Source: Promethearchaeota archaeon (GTDB lineage Archaea; Asgardarchaeota; Thorarchaeia; Thorarchaeales; Thorarchaeaceae). Taken from it: a stretch of DNA of 64,000 nt. Of the stretch, positions 10,701 to 20,290 are shown in pieces. A program made the position numbers and the translations under genes. How positions within the stretch are numbered: position 1 is the first letter of the stretch; every line of letters starts with the position of its first letter. Under the pieces are notes generated by a model, which saw only the letters and a list, made by a program, of their open reading frames with translations, had not been told where the DNA came from and did no database searches. Location: the NCBI GenBank assembly GCA_014728035.1, contig WJMJ01000018.1:1-64000 (forward strand). The letters run 5' to 3'.

Positions 10701-13207
10701 TTCTGATGACAGTCAGCTTCATTGATGAAGAAATACCAGGAGAAGACATATTTGGTTTTATCTATGAGGAGTCTTCTGAAACATTTAGCGGGATAACTAC
10801 TTCGAACTGGCCTATGGGCCTAGTCAATCTAACACTTACAGTTGAACATCCCTCATATCATAAATCAACAATAGAATATCCTAATGCAGTAGCTGTTAAG
10901 AGTGATCTTGTGGTTTCAGTCTTTGCTCAAGAGGTTATTACCCAAGGAGATTCTCAACACATCAATGTATCAGTGTTTGATAGTAGAGGTGTACGAATTA
11001 GTTCTACAGATGTGACAGTTTCAATAAATGGAACTGAATATCTTGCCAATTTTACTGGACAACACTATACTGTTTTCAATTCCTTTGTCACTCATCCAGT
11101 TGGAAGATATCTAATCAATGCAACAGCAGTTCATCCATATGCTAATAACATACATCACGGGTTAGCTGATTTCGTAGTGAAAGCAGAAGCTGAAAGTCTA
11201 AACTGCACATCGAATTTTATGGAAACGATAGAACAGGATGAACCGTTCCAAGCATACATTAACATTACTGATGAATTCGAACAGAAGATAGTCGGTGCGA
11301 TGGTATCAATTAGTAATGGACAGAACGAGTATCCTTTGGTTGAAATTGAAGCAGGATGTTACTATCTAGATAGTGTTGCAGATATTCCGAGTGGTATCCA
11401 CACATTTACAATTATTGTAAATCATGAATACATACTGAACACCGAAGCGGATATTCTTACGTTTAACGTTGTTGGAGATCTTCATCCAATCATAAGCTAC
11501 AAATCAGTTATAGAAGGAGGAGATGAATTCAATGTAACGATTTTCGTACAGGATTCTTACAGCCCATTTTCATTTGGAGCTAGTACATATGTGAACATAA
11601 ATGGTGTAAATTATAGTGCATCAAAAATTGGCCCCACAAATTATCTTGCCACAGTAATCGCTGATTATAGAATTGGCTCACACAATTTCACTGTGTATAT
11701 TGATACACTCTATAGTCATCCTTGGAGTGAAATATTCACTATAGAAGTCCGTTCTATCGCAAACATGACTATCACTTCTTCTAACGGATGGGTATTTGAT
11801 CAGGGAACAACCACAATCCTATCTTTGACTATCACTGATTGGTCAGACTCTGTTGTATCAGATGCACAAGCGAATTTCTTCGTTAGAGATACAGTTGTGT
11901 CACTACTCCCAGATTCCCACAACGGATACATTGGAAGTATTTCGACAGCAGGGTGGTCTCCTGGTGAATACAACTACACAATATTTGTATCACACCCATT
12001 ATTGGTTAACGTGTCTGCTCTTTCAGGAGTCATAACCATTTATGGCCATCTCGAGTTAGACATCCAGCTAAATCCAACAATTCCTGAACAGGAATCGACA
12101 ACGGAAATCTTGATCTCTATCCACGATGTTTATGGAAATCCCATTTCTGGCCTCTCGGTCGAAGTAGATTTTGCTGGCGAGAAAAAAATTGCAGAAGCTC
12201 TTGATAGCCCTGGCATGTATAAGGCAGATATCACGGTTTCAAAATCATGGGCAGCTGGTGCTACAGAACTGAGAATCAACGTTACTGGATATCTATGTCA
12301 TGCAGAATCCCTTATCATGGAATCTTATGTTGCACCATTGATACCGCAGATGGGCATGGATGTTTCAACGTTCTCACTTAGTGCTGGAATAGTATTGTTA
12401 CTTAGCTTGTTTGGTATGTTTCTCTACTTCAGAATATCGTCTTCAATGAGTACCCTTGGAAAGTCTGAGGAAAGGATTAGTAATTCCATTGGTACAATGG
12501 ATATGCTATACGGATCAATTGTTGTGTTAGCTGCAATCGTATTTGGTAGCTCATACTATGCCTATCTGAACGGAGAATTTCATTTAGCATTGGGATTAAC
12601 AGTATTATTGCTCGGGGTTTCAATCCTACTTTATGGACTCTGGCTCTATAGAGATGCAAATGCGTCGATCATGTTGACTGGAAAGTTCAGTGCTAAGCGG
12701 GGTTTACTTGGTCTCTGGCATCTCTTCTTTGTCCCAGTTGTTGTTATGTTAATCATGCTTTATGGTACTAATATTGACTGGTTCAGAATTTATGTATTAG
12801 AACAGGTGATTCAGGTTGGCGATATTGTCATTCCAACAATAATGACCACCATCATTGGTGCATATGTTTCATCAATCGTCATTGTCGTTGTAAACCTTTA
12901 CAAAGAGATTCGCAGTGGAGTCAAAAAACTTGAAAGAATGGAAGAAGCAGGAACACCTAAAGAGATTATTCAAGAGGAAAGAGAACAGATGGTGACCAAG
13001 TTTGCATCATCTATCAGAATAAAATTCCTCATGTTCTTAGTTGTAATCGGAGCTACGACTGCAACATCTCTGGAGTTTCTCTTTGACTATTCTCTTGGTA
13101 TTCTGGTATTGCTTCCCGTGTTTTTCTTGGTGATAATACCATTCATCTCATCAAGAATACTGAGATTCTTTGGTCACTTTGCTAACCGGTCTAAAACAGG
13201 TAAATAA
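7715..13207 (+). CDS. Large cell-surface protein: FG-GAP/VCBS-like beta-propellers, tandem Ig-like domains and a C-terminal multi-pass membrane domain
   Basis: N-terminal signal-like segment; DxDxDG-type motifs (DINDDGRDD, NFDGDSIID, DVNEDGNDD, DFDGDGIVD); ~95-aa beta-rich repeats; many NxS/T sequons; about 7 hydrophobic helices at the C-terminus. Confidence 0.8.
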   Translation: MSSQWNEFCMPINQIERKSISTPKRLGNHNLLRLIFLVLYLLILVPSTGTITPSPNQKDLFIQETVTPASENLVHLTLPGSYYCKAGRIDNSSGIAYLNPETDLITFVNPNLDTTRSLDVPIGEVDPDTLVPIDFDLDNNTEFLYCSYTDTYEWYIILADFDTNTSQVYPRGVGYKDVSIEGIGYYTDDEIPDIVTISDDTSGMRRSLSVFDLQHNTSLWEISVGQLMIFERITTGRFVDEKTDAVAAMIRGPSFDEYNLSVVASNGTIVSSIKVNFLDAIQTFRYGVGFDEIITYDYFQNLTVYSASDLSIIYSVIQNNTDNSYSQIRTGFFNSDEQEDIVILSGGEYVAMFVDGNDGIEFQRTEQIMGNDAFPNRPNSAVGNLDADNLTDLAAYHLSGHPAMIRGVDGEAAYIEENADTPSLNLVHDINDDGRDDIISQHQQDVYLILSDTQSPILSQLEISPTHPTILDPYISMKIEVDETTSIETSELHLSEPDEILIENSVYQMAKSLTGEYYSFLLDLEAAEYGYWILFRDAYLNEAEVGSSIVPETFQVSGHTLWKYLHPDLPTYGWQSNILEVGNSSSGNPVIYSLEKESTNLILRVFDHEGNLLDSIPIGILNMNYYMITTGNFDGDSIIDPVVIISENSGTTCHIYHGSNMTEYQSIPFGFNANEIWYYSIDDYLGGPLNQIHIASDKIQKLTSIRPDGTIDTTDMHNVFDYSVDGLATAKSSNPSYSDICVVRNRTDYYFYYGNTHVQFNQYNLSINADQIDFERGDTFKIDKKPYSKFITSYTTWEGGIPTIRLFTFEAYEGEETEFTISGESFELMELYDVNEDGNDDVFILCSSGNAYLIDMVSEQIIWNTTISDSTPMCSETLDFDGDGIVDFAVATQQDEQISIIDSNSGETIRFFRMGEIWDMKTVGQVDRGLGDDIVAFPVRDDADNTQMYTIRDIDWFYRMNASVSIPANFTLQNNPFSVNVSVRNIWNESIEDATVLMTVSFIDEEIPGEDIFGFIYEESSETFSGITTSNWPMGLVNLTLTVEHPSYHKSTIEYPNAVAVKSDLVVSVFAQEVITQGDSQHINVSVFDSRGVRISSTDVTVSINGTEYLANFTGQHYTVFNSFVTHPVGRYLINATAVHPYANNIHHGLADFVVKAEAESLNCTSNFMETIEQDEPFQAYINITDEFEQKIVGAMVSISNGQNEYPLVEIEAGCYYLDSVADIPSGIHTFTIIVNHEYILNTEADILTFNVVGDLHPIISYKSVIEGGDEFNVTIFVQDSYSPFSFGASTYVNINGVNYSASKIGPTNYLATVIADYRIGSHNFTVYIDTLYSHPWSEIFTIEVRSIANMTITSSNGWVFDQGTTTILSLTITDWSDSVVSDAQANFFVRDTVVSLLPDSHNGYIGSISTAGWSPGEYNYTIFVSHPLLVNVSALSGVITIYGHLELDIQLNPTIPEQESTTEILISIHDVYGNPISGLSVEVDFAGEKKIAEALDSPGMYKADITVSKSWAAGATELRINVTGYLCHAESLIMESYVAPLIPQMGMDVSTFSLSAGIVLLLSLFGMFLYFRISSSMSTLGKSEERISNSIGTMDMLYGSIVVLAAIVFGSSYYAYLNGEFHLALGLTVLLLGVSILLYGLWLYRDANASIMLTGKFSAKRGLLGLWHLFFVPVVVMLIMLYGTNIDWFRIYVLEQVIQVGDIVIPTIMTTIIGAYVSSIVIVVVNLYKEIRSGVKKLERMEEAGTPKEIIQEEREQMVTKFASSIRIKFLMFLVVIGATTATSLEFLFDYSLGILVLLPVFFLVIIPFISSRILRFFGHFANRSKTGK

Positions 13208-13216
13208 GAAATAAAG

Positions 13217-13239
13217 ACATGGGAGATATCCTCCCATGT
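13217..13239. terminator. Perfect hairpin between convergent genes
   Basis: ACATGGGAG-ATATC-CTCCCATGT. Confidence 0.6.
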
Positions 13240-13245
13240 TTGACT

Positions 13246-14715
13246 TTATTCTTCTTCAGGAATATCTTCATCTTCAACAGAGATATCTTCTAGATTCATT
13301 TCATCATTATCGGAGGAAGAAGTATCAGTTGATGTTTCATCTATAGAGTCAGAGATAGATGCTTCATCAGAAACCCCCATTTCAACTCTGAACTTCTCTA
13401 CCTGGGTCTTTCTAGCAATATATAGAGCTACAATTACAGCAAGAGAGAATGCTGCTCCTACAATAGTCAAAGTGGTTTGGAACTCGCTAGCAGCACCACC
13501 TAACAATTGTTGCCAAGTTAGAACTAAGAAAGCTAGTCCAGCGATATTCATGACAAAGCTTCTGAATGGAGTAGAGATTTTCACAATTTCAGTCATTTCA
13601 GTGTCAACCATTGCAGCTGCGATAACCCCTGCGTTGTAATCGTTCGTCTTAATTTTCTTAGCGAGTGAACGCACATTGATTGATTTCTTCTTACCAATGA
13701 CCTTGATAGCTTTCTCTACTTTACTACTCAAATATACCGCGTATGCATCACGAGCTTCACTTTCTCCAATACCACACTTCTTACAGATATTTTCTTTCTT
13801 ATCCCATTTCTTAAAATCTACGGGACAATTATCTTTGGGCCAAGCTTCAGGAGCTGTTTCCTTCAGTCTCTCTTTTACTATATATGCACTGACAGTACTA
13901 TCATCAGGTGTATAGGAATCTGGTTCATCTTTCTTTTTCTTCCGTTTCGACATGGAAACAAGACCTGAGAACACTGACATAAGGACAGGTAAAGCACCAA
14001 GAACTGCTAAGTTTGGCAAAGATCTAATCTCGCTAGCTTTCTTCTGGATGCCTCGTACTTTATGGGCGGTTTGAATTGCGTCCAACAATGCTTGAATAGA
14101 TCCCACAGATCCAGCAATAGCACCTACTGTTCCTGCTGTAGCTACAATTCCAGTTACCGATGTGACAACATCAATCAGTGATGCGGGTACTAGTATGTAA
14201 AAGTGAGCTCCTAGATAGTAAGGAGTTGGATCTCCAACTTCGAAATATGTGAAATTCAAACTTGCTTCGTAAATCCCAGTGGCGATATCAACAACGCCTC
14301 CAAGAGAAAGAAGTTGTTCCATGGGAATTGATGCTTCAACAACGGGAATTGTGTTATTATAGGGTAACTCAACCCAAGTAGAATTGGTAATTGGGTTTCG
14401 AATCTCGATGGGAATAATTGGGAACCCATTGTAATAAAACCACAATGTTCCACTTGTATTAAGATTCACAGTATTGGTCACGTTCATTTGTAACAAGAGG
14501 TCTAAATCACCCTCCAAATTAGCTACAATTGGACTCGATTCAGTTGCTTGTTTTATTGGTCTGTTGTTAATTTCTAAATAAATATGTAAACGCGAATCTT
14601 CAACCCAATCAGAACCAAACGATTGAGATTGTGCAGGAACACTCATCCCTACAAATATCATGACTACAAAAAGTCCATACATTAGACACAATTGGCGAGA
14701 TCGACTTAGGCGCAT
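13246..14715 (-). CDS. Membrane protein with extracellular beta domain, Cys cluster and acidic tail
   Basis: Signal peptide (MRLSRSRQ...VPAQS), TM segments, CPVD-x-CKKC. Start moved to ATG 14715. Confidence 0.7.
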   Translation of the reverse strand: MRLSRSRQLCLMYGLFVVMIFVGMSVPAQSQSFGSDWVEDSRLHIYLEINNRPIKQATESSPIVANLEGDLDLLLQMNVTNTVNLNTSGTLWFYYNGFPIIPIEIRNPITNSTWVELPYNNTIPVVEASIPMEQLLSLGGVVDIATGIYEASLNFTYFEVGDPTPYYLGAHFYILVPASLIDVVTSVTGIVATAGTVGAIAGSVGSIQALLDAIQTAHKVRGIQKKASEIRSLPNLAVLGALPVLMSVFSGLVSMSKRKKKKDEPDSYTPDDSTVSAYIVKERLKETAPEAWPKDNCPVDFKKWDKKENICKKCGIGESEARDAYAVYLSSKVEKAIKVIGKKKSINVRSLAKKIKTNDYNAGVIAAAMVDTEMTEIVKISTPFRSFVMNIAGLAFLVLTWQQLLGGAASEFQTTLTIVGAAFSLAVIVALYIARKTQVEKFRVEMGVSDEASISDSIDETSTDTSSSDNDEMNLEDISVEDEDIPEEE

Positions 14716-14827
14716 TTCTATCCTCTCTGTGACTTCCTCAGATAGAGTAGAAAAGACACGCGTAACCATAAGAGGCTTTTGCTAAACTAGTATTTCTAAA
14801 AATCGACAGGTCGAGTATAGAATCTCT

Positions 14828-15220
14828 CTAAGAATTATGAAGAGCACGAACCATGGAGGCTAACCTTCCAGCAACAACCTTGAAACCTTCGGCTTTTTTC
14901 ATAATGCCATTTACGCCTGCATTAATCGCACGAGAGGTTAGTTCCGGATCAACATATGCCGATAGAATATGAATGTTAGAAAGTCCTATTGTGGTTAATT
15001 CCTCTGTGCATTCAATTCCATCCATTTCCGGCATCTTCAAATCCATAAGCGTGATGTCAGGGGGCTGTCCATTATCCATCATGGATTTTACTAGTTCAAT
15101 GGCCTCTTTACCACTCATTGCAGGAATGATTTCAAAATTATCCATCAATCTTCGTAAATATTGGCGTAATAAGTCTGCAATAGCAGGTTCGTCATCTACA
15201 ACTAATATTCGTGTTCGCAT
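14828..15220 (-). CDS. Stand-alone response regulator receiver (CheY-like)
   Basis: ILVVDDE, LMDLKMPEMDG phospho-Asp motif, ILSA, conserved Lys. Confidence 0.92.
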   Translation of the reverse strand: MRTRILVVDDEPAIADLLRQYLRRLMDNFEIIPAMSGKEAIELVKSMMDNGQPPDITLMDLKMPEMDGIECTEELTTIGLSNIHILSAYVDPELTSRAINAGVNGIMKKAEGFKVVAGRLASMVRALHNS

Positions 15221-15353
15221 AGCACAACACCAATAATTTGGTCCAAGTAGTAGGTATGCAAACTACCTTAAGAATGTATTAGGATGAAGGTATCAAAATT
15301 GCTACTATAGCTGATATCACTTTGTCATTTCTTGGTAATGAGTTCTCATGATT

Positions 15354-16172
15354 TCATTCCTTCTTTGCCATTATTGAAAATGTGAGAGGTAGTTCTATTG
15401 TAGGATGATTATATCTATAATAACCATCTTCTGTCTTTTTCAAGAATGGATAGTTTTTGAAGGGCGCTTTCGGAAATTCATGTATGTATTGAATTTCCAA
15501 ACCCACTCCAATCAATGCATTAATAACATCGCTCATAGTATGAGCCCATTCATGACCTTCCTTTTGCTCACACTTTTTATCACTCTCTGCGTATGAACCC
15601 TCAGTGGTATAGCTTAGTGGAGTCGGGTCATGAAAGTAACTATGTGAAATCTTGGGAGTTTCCTCTCCCTCCCAATTGAATATCCACATGAAACGATGAA
15701 ATTCGACAATGTAGAATAAACCACCATCTTTTAGATAGTGATGGATTATCTCAGCCCAGCGATTAAGATCTTTCAACCAACAAAGTACACCATATGAAGT
15801 AAAAATGATATCAAATTGTTCGTCAAGGACATCTGGTAAATTGTATATATTTGATTTGATGAATCTTGCAGCTAACTTGGATTGTTCTGCAAGAATTCTT
15901 GCAAACTCAATAGCTTTTCCAGAAATATCAACACCAGTTACTTGTGCACCCTTACGTGCCCAAGAGAGAGTATCCAGACCAAAATGACACTGAAGATGAA
16001 GCAAAGAGCTTCCATCAACATAAGGACCCAACTCTTCGATTTCGAATGAATTTAGGACACATTCCCCTTCAAGAAATTCTTTGGTCTTATATGAAGGAGA
16101 TTCGTAATGCAACTCTGCAAAATCATCCCACATTGCTTCATTGTCCGCATAACACTTGTCAACTTCTTTCAT
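15354..16172 (-). CDS. Class I SAM-dependent methyltransferase
   Basis: LLHLQCHFGLD, VTGVDIS and FDIIFTSYGVL motifs. Confidence 0.88.
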   Translation of the reverse strand: MKEVDKCYADNEAMWDDFAELHYESPSYKTKEFLEGECVLNSFEIEELGPYVDGSSLLHLQCHFGLDTLSWARKGAQVTGVDISGKAIEFARILAEQSKLAARFIKSNIYNLPDVLDEQFDIIFTSYGVLCWLKDLNRWAEIIHHYLKDGGLFYIVEFHRFMWIFNWEGEETPKISHSYFHDPTPLSYTTEGSYAESDKKCEQKEGHEWAHTMSDVINALIGVGLEIQYIHEFPKAPFKNYPFLKKTEDGYYRYNHPTIELPLTFSIMAKKE

Positions 16173-16267
16173 ATCTATCCCACCTAACTGGCATCTATTA
16201 TGAAGATTCCAAAAGAATATACTCTTTTAACTTCGTCTAACTTAGCAATGCTATGAGTTGATTATTC

Positions 16268-16305
16268 AAAAAAAGAAAAAATGAGATTGCAATAAAAGCA
16301 ATCTC
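16268..16305 (-). terminator. Hairpin plus U-tract ending the hydrogenase operon
   Basis: GAGATTGC/GCAATCTC 8-bp stem, followed on the minus strand by a long T-rich run. Confidence 0.6.
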
Positions 16306-16312
16306 TAGCAGG

Positions 16313-17590
16313 TTACTTAACTTCTGTAACGTGACATGAACAACTGATACAAGGATCATAAGCACGTATCAATCTGTTAAGCATCAACTCAAGCTCTGGT
16401 TTTGGTAGGTCAGCAATTGAAGGATACAAAGCTCGAACATCTTCTTCCATGTTCAGATAGTTCATTGTTGTAGGTGCAATGATATCAGCTTTCTTCAAAA
16501 GACCATCATCACCGAACTCGTAAGAGTGTACTAATGAGCCACGTGGTGCCTCGGTGATATGAGTGCCGAAGCCAGCCTTTGGCACAGTTTCAAACTCATG
16601 CCATTCTAAATCGCTCTTCAATAGTGCATCAATGGTGTCTATTGCCATATCAAAAACCTGAGCGGTCTCGATAAGCTGTGCAGCATTGTTGTGGAACGTA
16701 TTGAAGCTTGGTAGTTTTATTCCAAGCTGATTAAGAGCTTTCTTGGCAAACGGTGATAGCTGATCTGAATTGTTGTTCAATCGTGGAAGAGCTCCGACAA
16801 AGAAACCATGACCATCGTGAGTACCAGACTTTGCAAAACTGTAAGCAGGTTGTGCTTCAACGATAATGTCCTTGTATTTCTCAACAGGTAATCGATGTCC
16901 CTCAGATGTAACAAGGTCTCCTTCTACTAGAGCATATTCATCATCATGTTTGATTGAAACATAAGTGGTTTCTCGTTCGAATTCTGGCTCTTCAAGAGTA
17001 GCCCACACATCCAGACACTTCTGAAGGTCAGGACGAGCTGCATTGATGCGTTCCTTGAGTTCGTCAAGAGCTTGATGAGTTGGGTAACTGGTAAATCCAC
17101 CAACAGCAGTTGCTACTTGATGAACTTCACGACCACCTGTTAGAATTTGCAGATCATTACCGAGTTTCTTCAACTTCAATGCAATCTTAACAACATCTGG
17201 AAAGTCAGCAGCAGCTGATATGACACTTTCATGACCAACATAGTCAGGTAGTGCTAAATAGAGAGCATGGAGAATGTGAGATTCGATATACTCACCCCAG
17301 ATGAGGAGTCTTCGTAGATCAGTAACTTGCTTATCTACTTCAATACCCATTGCTTTTTCGACTGCTTTAGTTGATACAACTCGATGTGATGCGCTACAAA
17401 TAGCACAGATACGACAGGCCATTTCTGGAACCTCGGTGTATTCACGGCCTCGTAGGAATGCCTCGAACAGTCGAGCACCCTCATCAACAGCCATCTTTAC
17501 ATCGACGAGTTGTTTATCTTTGGTCTTCACGTAGAGAGACCCATGTCCTTCTACTCTTGCAATGTGCTTAATATCAATACTTTCAGTCAT
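16313..17590 (-). CDS. hydA: Group 3b [NiFe] hydrogenase (sulfhydrogenase) large subunit alpha
   Basis: RVEGHG, L1 RICAICSASH, EAPRG, L2 DPCISCSCH with a short C-terminal extension. Confidence 0.93.
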   Translation of the reverse strand: MTESIDIKHIARVEGHGSLYVKTKDKQLVDVKMAVDEGARLFEAFLRGREYTEVPEMACRICAICSASHRVVSTKAVEKAMGIEVDKQVTDLRRLLIWGEYIESHILHALYLALPDYVGHESVISAAADFPDVVKIALKLKKLGNDLQILTGGREVHQVATAVGGFTSYPTHQALDELKERINAARPDLQKCLDVWATLEEPEFERETTYVSIKHDDEYALVEGDLVTSEGHRLPVEKYKDIIVEAQPAYSFAKSGTHDGHGFFVGALPRLNNNSDQLSPFAKKALNQLGIKLPSFNTFHNNAAQLIETAQVFDMAIDTIDALLKSDLEWHEFETVPKAGFGTHITEAPRGSLVHSYEFGDDGLLKKADIIAPTTMNYLNMEEDVRALYPSIADLPKPELELMLNRLIRAYDPCISCSCHVTEVK

Positions 17591-18363
17591 TAGAATTCCA
17601 ACTCCTTGAACTCCTCCATATCAGCCACTGATGGGCAGTACTTGAGGAATCTTCGTTTGACATCTTCAGAGGTTGCTCCAATCTTCTTGAGAATCTCAAC
17701 CTCGGCAGCCCAGTTTGCTTCTGGGGCGGGACCTCGACATCCTTCACATGGAGCTCCATAAGTAGGACAGAGTGCATCGCATCCTGCCTGAACTACTGGT
17801 CCCATGCAGAATTTGCCTTCTTTCAGAAGACATACATTTTCTTTGGCTTTGCATTCACCACAGACGCTGTACTGTGGAATATATGGTGTTTTACCAATCA
17901 ATAGAGCTTTTACTGCTTCAACGAACTCAGCCTTATCCATTGGGCAACCGGGTAAAGCGTAATCCACCTTCACATAGTGTGAAACTGGTTTGATATCAAT
18001 TGCATCAATACGCTCGTAGTCATCACCATAGACTTCTTTCTTCCACTCATCTGTATCAGCAAAGTTGCGTAAAGCAGGTAGTCCACCATGTGTTGCACAG
18101 GCACCAATAGCGACAAGAACACCAGATTTCTCTCGAATATTCTTTATGCGTTCGATATCTGTGGATTTGGCAATAGAACCTTCAACAAAAGCTACGTCCC
18201 AAGGACCGTCATCATTTTCAGCCTTAGCCATAACCCATGTCTTGATGTCAACCAATCCAATGATATCGAGTAAGTGGTCTTCAAGGTTCAATATATTGAG
18301 CTGACAACCAGCGCAACCCGTGAATCCGAATATTCCCACTGTGGGTTTCCCATTATTCCCCAT
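17590..18363 (-). CDS. hydD: Group 3b hydrogenase small subunit delta
   Basis: GCAGCQ, IGACATHGG, PGCP and distal Cys clusters. Confidence 0.92.
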   Translation of the reverse strand: MGNNGKPTVGIFGFTGCAGCQLNILNLEDHLLDIIGLVDIKTWVMAKAENDDGPWDVAFVEGSIAKSTDIERIKNIREKSGVLVAIGACATHGGLPALRNFADTDEWKKEVYGDDYERIDAIDIKPVSHYVKVDYALPGCPMDKAEFVEAVKALLIGKTPYIPQYSVCGECKAKENVCLLKEGKFCMGPVVQAGCDALCPTYGAPCEGCRGPAPEANWAAEVEILKKIGATSEDVKRRFLKYCPSVADMEEFKELEF

Positions 18364-19211
18364 TAGATAGCCTCCTGCATTTGTTCTACTTGAAACAGTG
18401 TGAAGACAGGACCATCAATACATGTGAGCTTGTGACCAATTTGGCAATGAGCACACTTCCCAACACCACACTTCATCTTTCGTTCCAGAGAGAGAAGTAT
18501 CTGATCTTTTCCTACTCCAATGTCTAATAGCTCTTTTACAACGTACTTGTAGACAACAGGAGGACCACAGACAACAGCACTGAGATTATTGCTTTCGAAT
18601 TTCTTCTTTTGGAAAAGAGTTGTAACAACACCCTCGTTGCCATCCCAATCGTCATCTCCTTTGTCTACTGTCACATGAAAGTCGATATCATCTAATGCTT
18701 CCCATGCAGCCAATTCGTCTTTGAAGAGTAACAGGTCTGGAGAACGAGTCCCATAGAATATTGTGACTTCTCCAAAATCATCACGATTGTCTATTACATA
18801 GTTGATTAGTGAACGGAGTGGTACTAGACCAATCCCACCAGCTACAAAGAGAATATCGCGTCCCTTGAGGGACTTGACTGGAAATCCGTTTCCATAGGGG
18901 CCTCGAATTCCAACAATATCACCAACCTTAAGCTCGTGAATCTTATTTGTCACATCTCCAGTTTTTCTGATGCCTAACTCAAGATATCCTCGCTTAGTGG
19001 GACTAGAACTGATTGAGAATGGAGCCTCACCAATTCCAAACATGCTCAATTGTACAAATTGACCTGGCTTGTATGTAAAGAGATCCTTCATTCTTCCTTC
19101 AACAAATTCGAAGGTGAATAGAGTTTCCCACTCGGTCATCTTTCGTTTTTTAATCAATTTAGCAAGGTCTGGAACGTACACATTTTCTTTCTTAATTTGT
19201 AGTTGAACCAT
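18363..19211 (-). CDS. hydG: Group 3b hydrogenase FAD/NAD(P)-binding subunit gamma
   Basis: PGQF, RGPYGNGF, AGGIGLVPLRS, CGP and MKCGVGKCAHC [2Fe-2S] motif. Confidence 0.92.
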   Translation of the reverse strand: MVQLQIKKENVYVPDLAKLIKKRKMTEWETLFTFEFVEGRMKDLFTYKPGQFVQLSMFGIGEAPFSISSSPTKRGYLELGIRKTGDVTNKIHELKVGDIVGIRGPYGNGFPVKSLKGRDILFVAGGIGLVPLRSLINYVIDNRDDFGEVTIFYGTRSPDLLLFKDELAAWEALDDIDFHVTVDKGDDDWDGNEGVVTTLFQKKKFESNNLSAVVCGPPVVYKYVVKELLDIGVGKDQILLSLERKMKCGVGKCAHCQIGHKLTCIDGPVFTLFQVEQMQEAI

Positions 19212-19213
19212 CT

Positions 19214-20290
19214 CTATTTACCTCCTTGAGCAGTTGGAGCTACCTCCCAAATTCCTGAGAGTTCCTTCAATACATCTTTGATACTGATATCACTTGGACA
19301 GGCAGCTGTGCATCTTCCACAACCAGTGCATCCAAGAATACCTTGATCATGAGCGAAACCTCTCATCTTGTGATAGAAGCGATACTTGAATCGTGCTGCA
19401 GGGGTTTCACGGAAATTATGACCTCCAGCAACGAGAGCGAATTCTTGGAACAGACATGCGTCCCATTTTCTTGTTCTATCTGCAGAAGTCAAGGATAAGT
19501 CCAAGTCATCGACAACATCGTAACAGTAGCAAGTTGGACAAACCATAGCGCAAGCTCCACAATTCACACAATCCTTTGCCATCTTATCCCAGAACTCGTG
19601 ATTGAAGGATAGGTCAAGATATTCGTTAATACCTTCAACGTCTACTTCATGGGGCAAAGACTCGTTTTTATGTTTCAGTGCGGCTTTGAAAGCAGCAAAA
19701 TCTTCTGGACCTGCTTCTTTGAATATTGAGCGTGCCATGTGAATAAGGTGCTCTCCTTTTGCAGTACCGACCTGTACATAGTATCTATCATCTGAGATTG
19801 GTGTGAGGAATAGGTCATAACCCTCAACAACATGATGAGTATTCATTGATCTGCAGAAACCATATTCGCAGGGGTCTAGACAATTAATTCCAACAATAGT
19901 GGTCTTATCACGACGAGCAAAGTAGTATTTATCGGTATATTCTCCTCCAAATACTCTGTCCAGATGTAAGATTCCATTCAAGTCACAGGAGTGCACGCCC
20001 ATCAATAAGCGAGGGCGCATCGCCTGAAGCTCATCAAGGGTATCTTCGACTTTCTTTTCTTCTAGATCGAAACTCATCATGACCTCATTCTGCGGTTGGA
20101 AATATTTACGAGGTGATAGAATCGTACTATCGTAATCCATGACAAGCTTGTCTGGGTCGTCAATCTTCCCAAATACGTGCTTGCTCCTTTTCTTTACTGG
20201 GCCGAAAACATCATACTCATTTGCCGCAGCTTCAACGAGTTTTTTGATGTCGGTCCGCTTCATTATGTAGGGTGGACTCATGATTATCAT
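19214..20290 (-). CDS. hydB: Group 3b hydrogenase Fe-S subunit beta (AsrA-like)
   Basis: CVNCGACAMVCPTCYC and CTGCGRCTAACP. Confidence 0.92.
   Translation of the reverse strand: MIIMSPPYIMKRTDIKKLVEAAANEYDVFGPVKKRSKHVFGKIDDPDKLVMDYDSTILSPRKYFQPQNEVMMSFDLEEKKVEDTLDELQAMRPRLLMGVHSCDLNGILHLDRVFGGEYTDKYYFARRDKTTIVGINCLDPCEYGFCRSMNTHHVVEGYDLFLTPISDDRYYVQVGTAKGEHLIHMARSIFKEAGPEDFAAFKAALKHKNESLPHEVDVEGINEYLDLSFNHEFWDKMAKDCVNCGACAMVCPTCYCYDVVDDLDLSLTSADRTRKWDACLFQEFALVAGGHNFRETPAARFKYRFYHKMRGFAHDQGILGCTGCGRCTAACPSDISIKDVLKELSGIWEVAPTAQGGK

Noticed and set aside
16313-18363. Selenocysteine in the hydrogenase
   Set aside because: All ligand positions are ordinary Cys codons in uninterrupted frames; no in-frame TGA is needed
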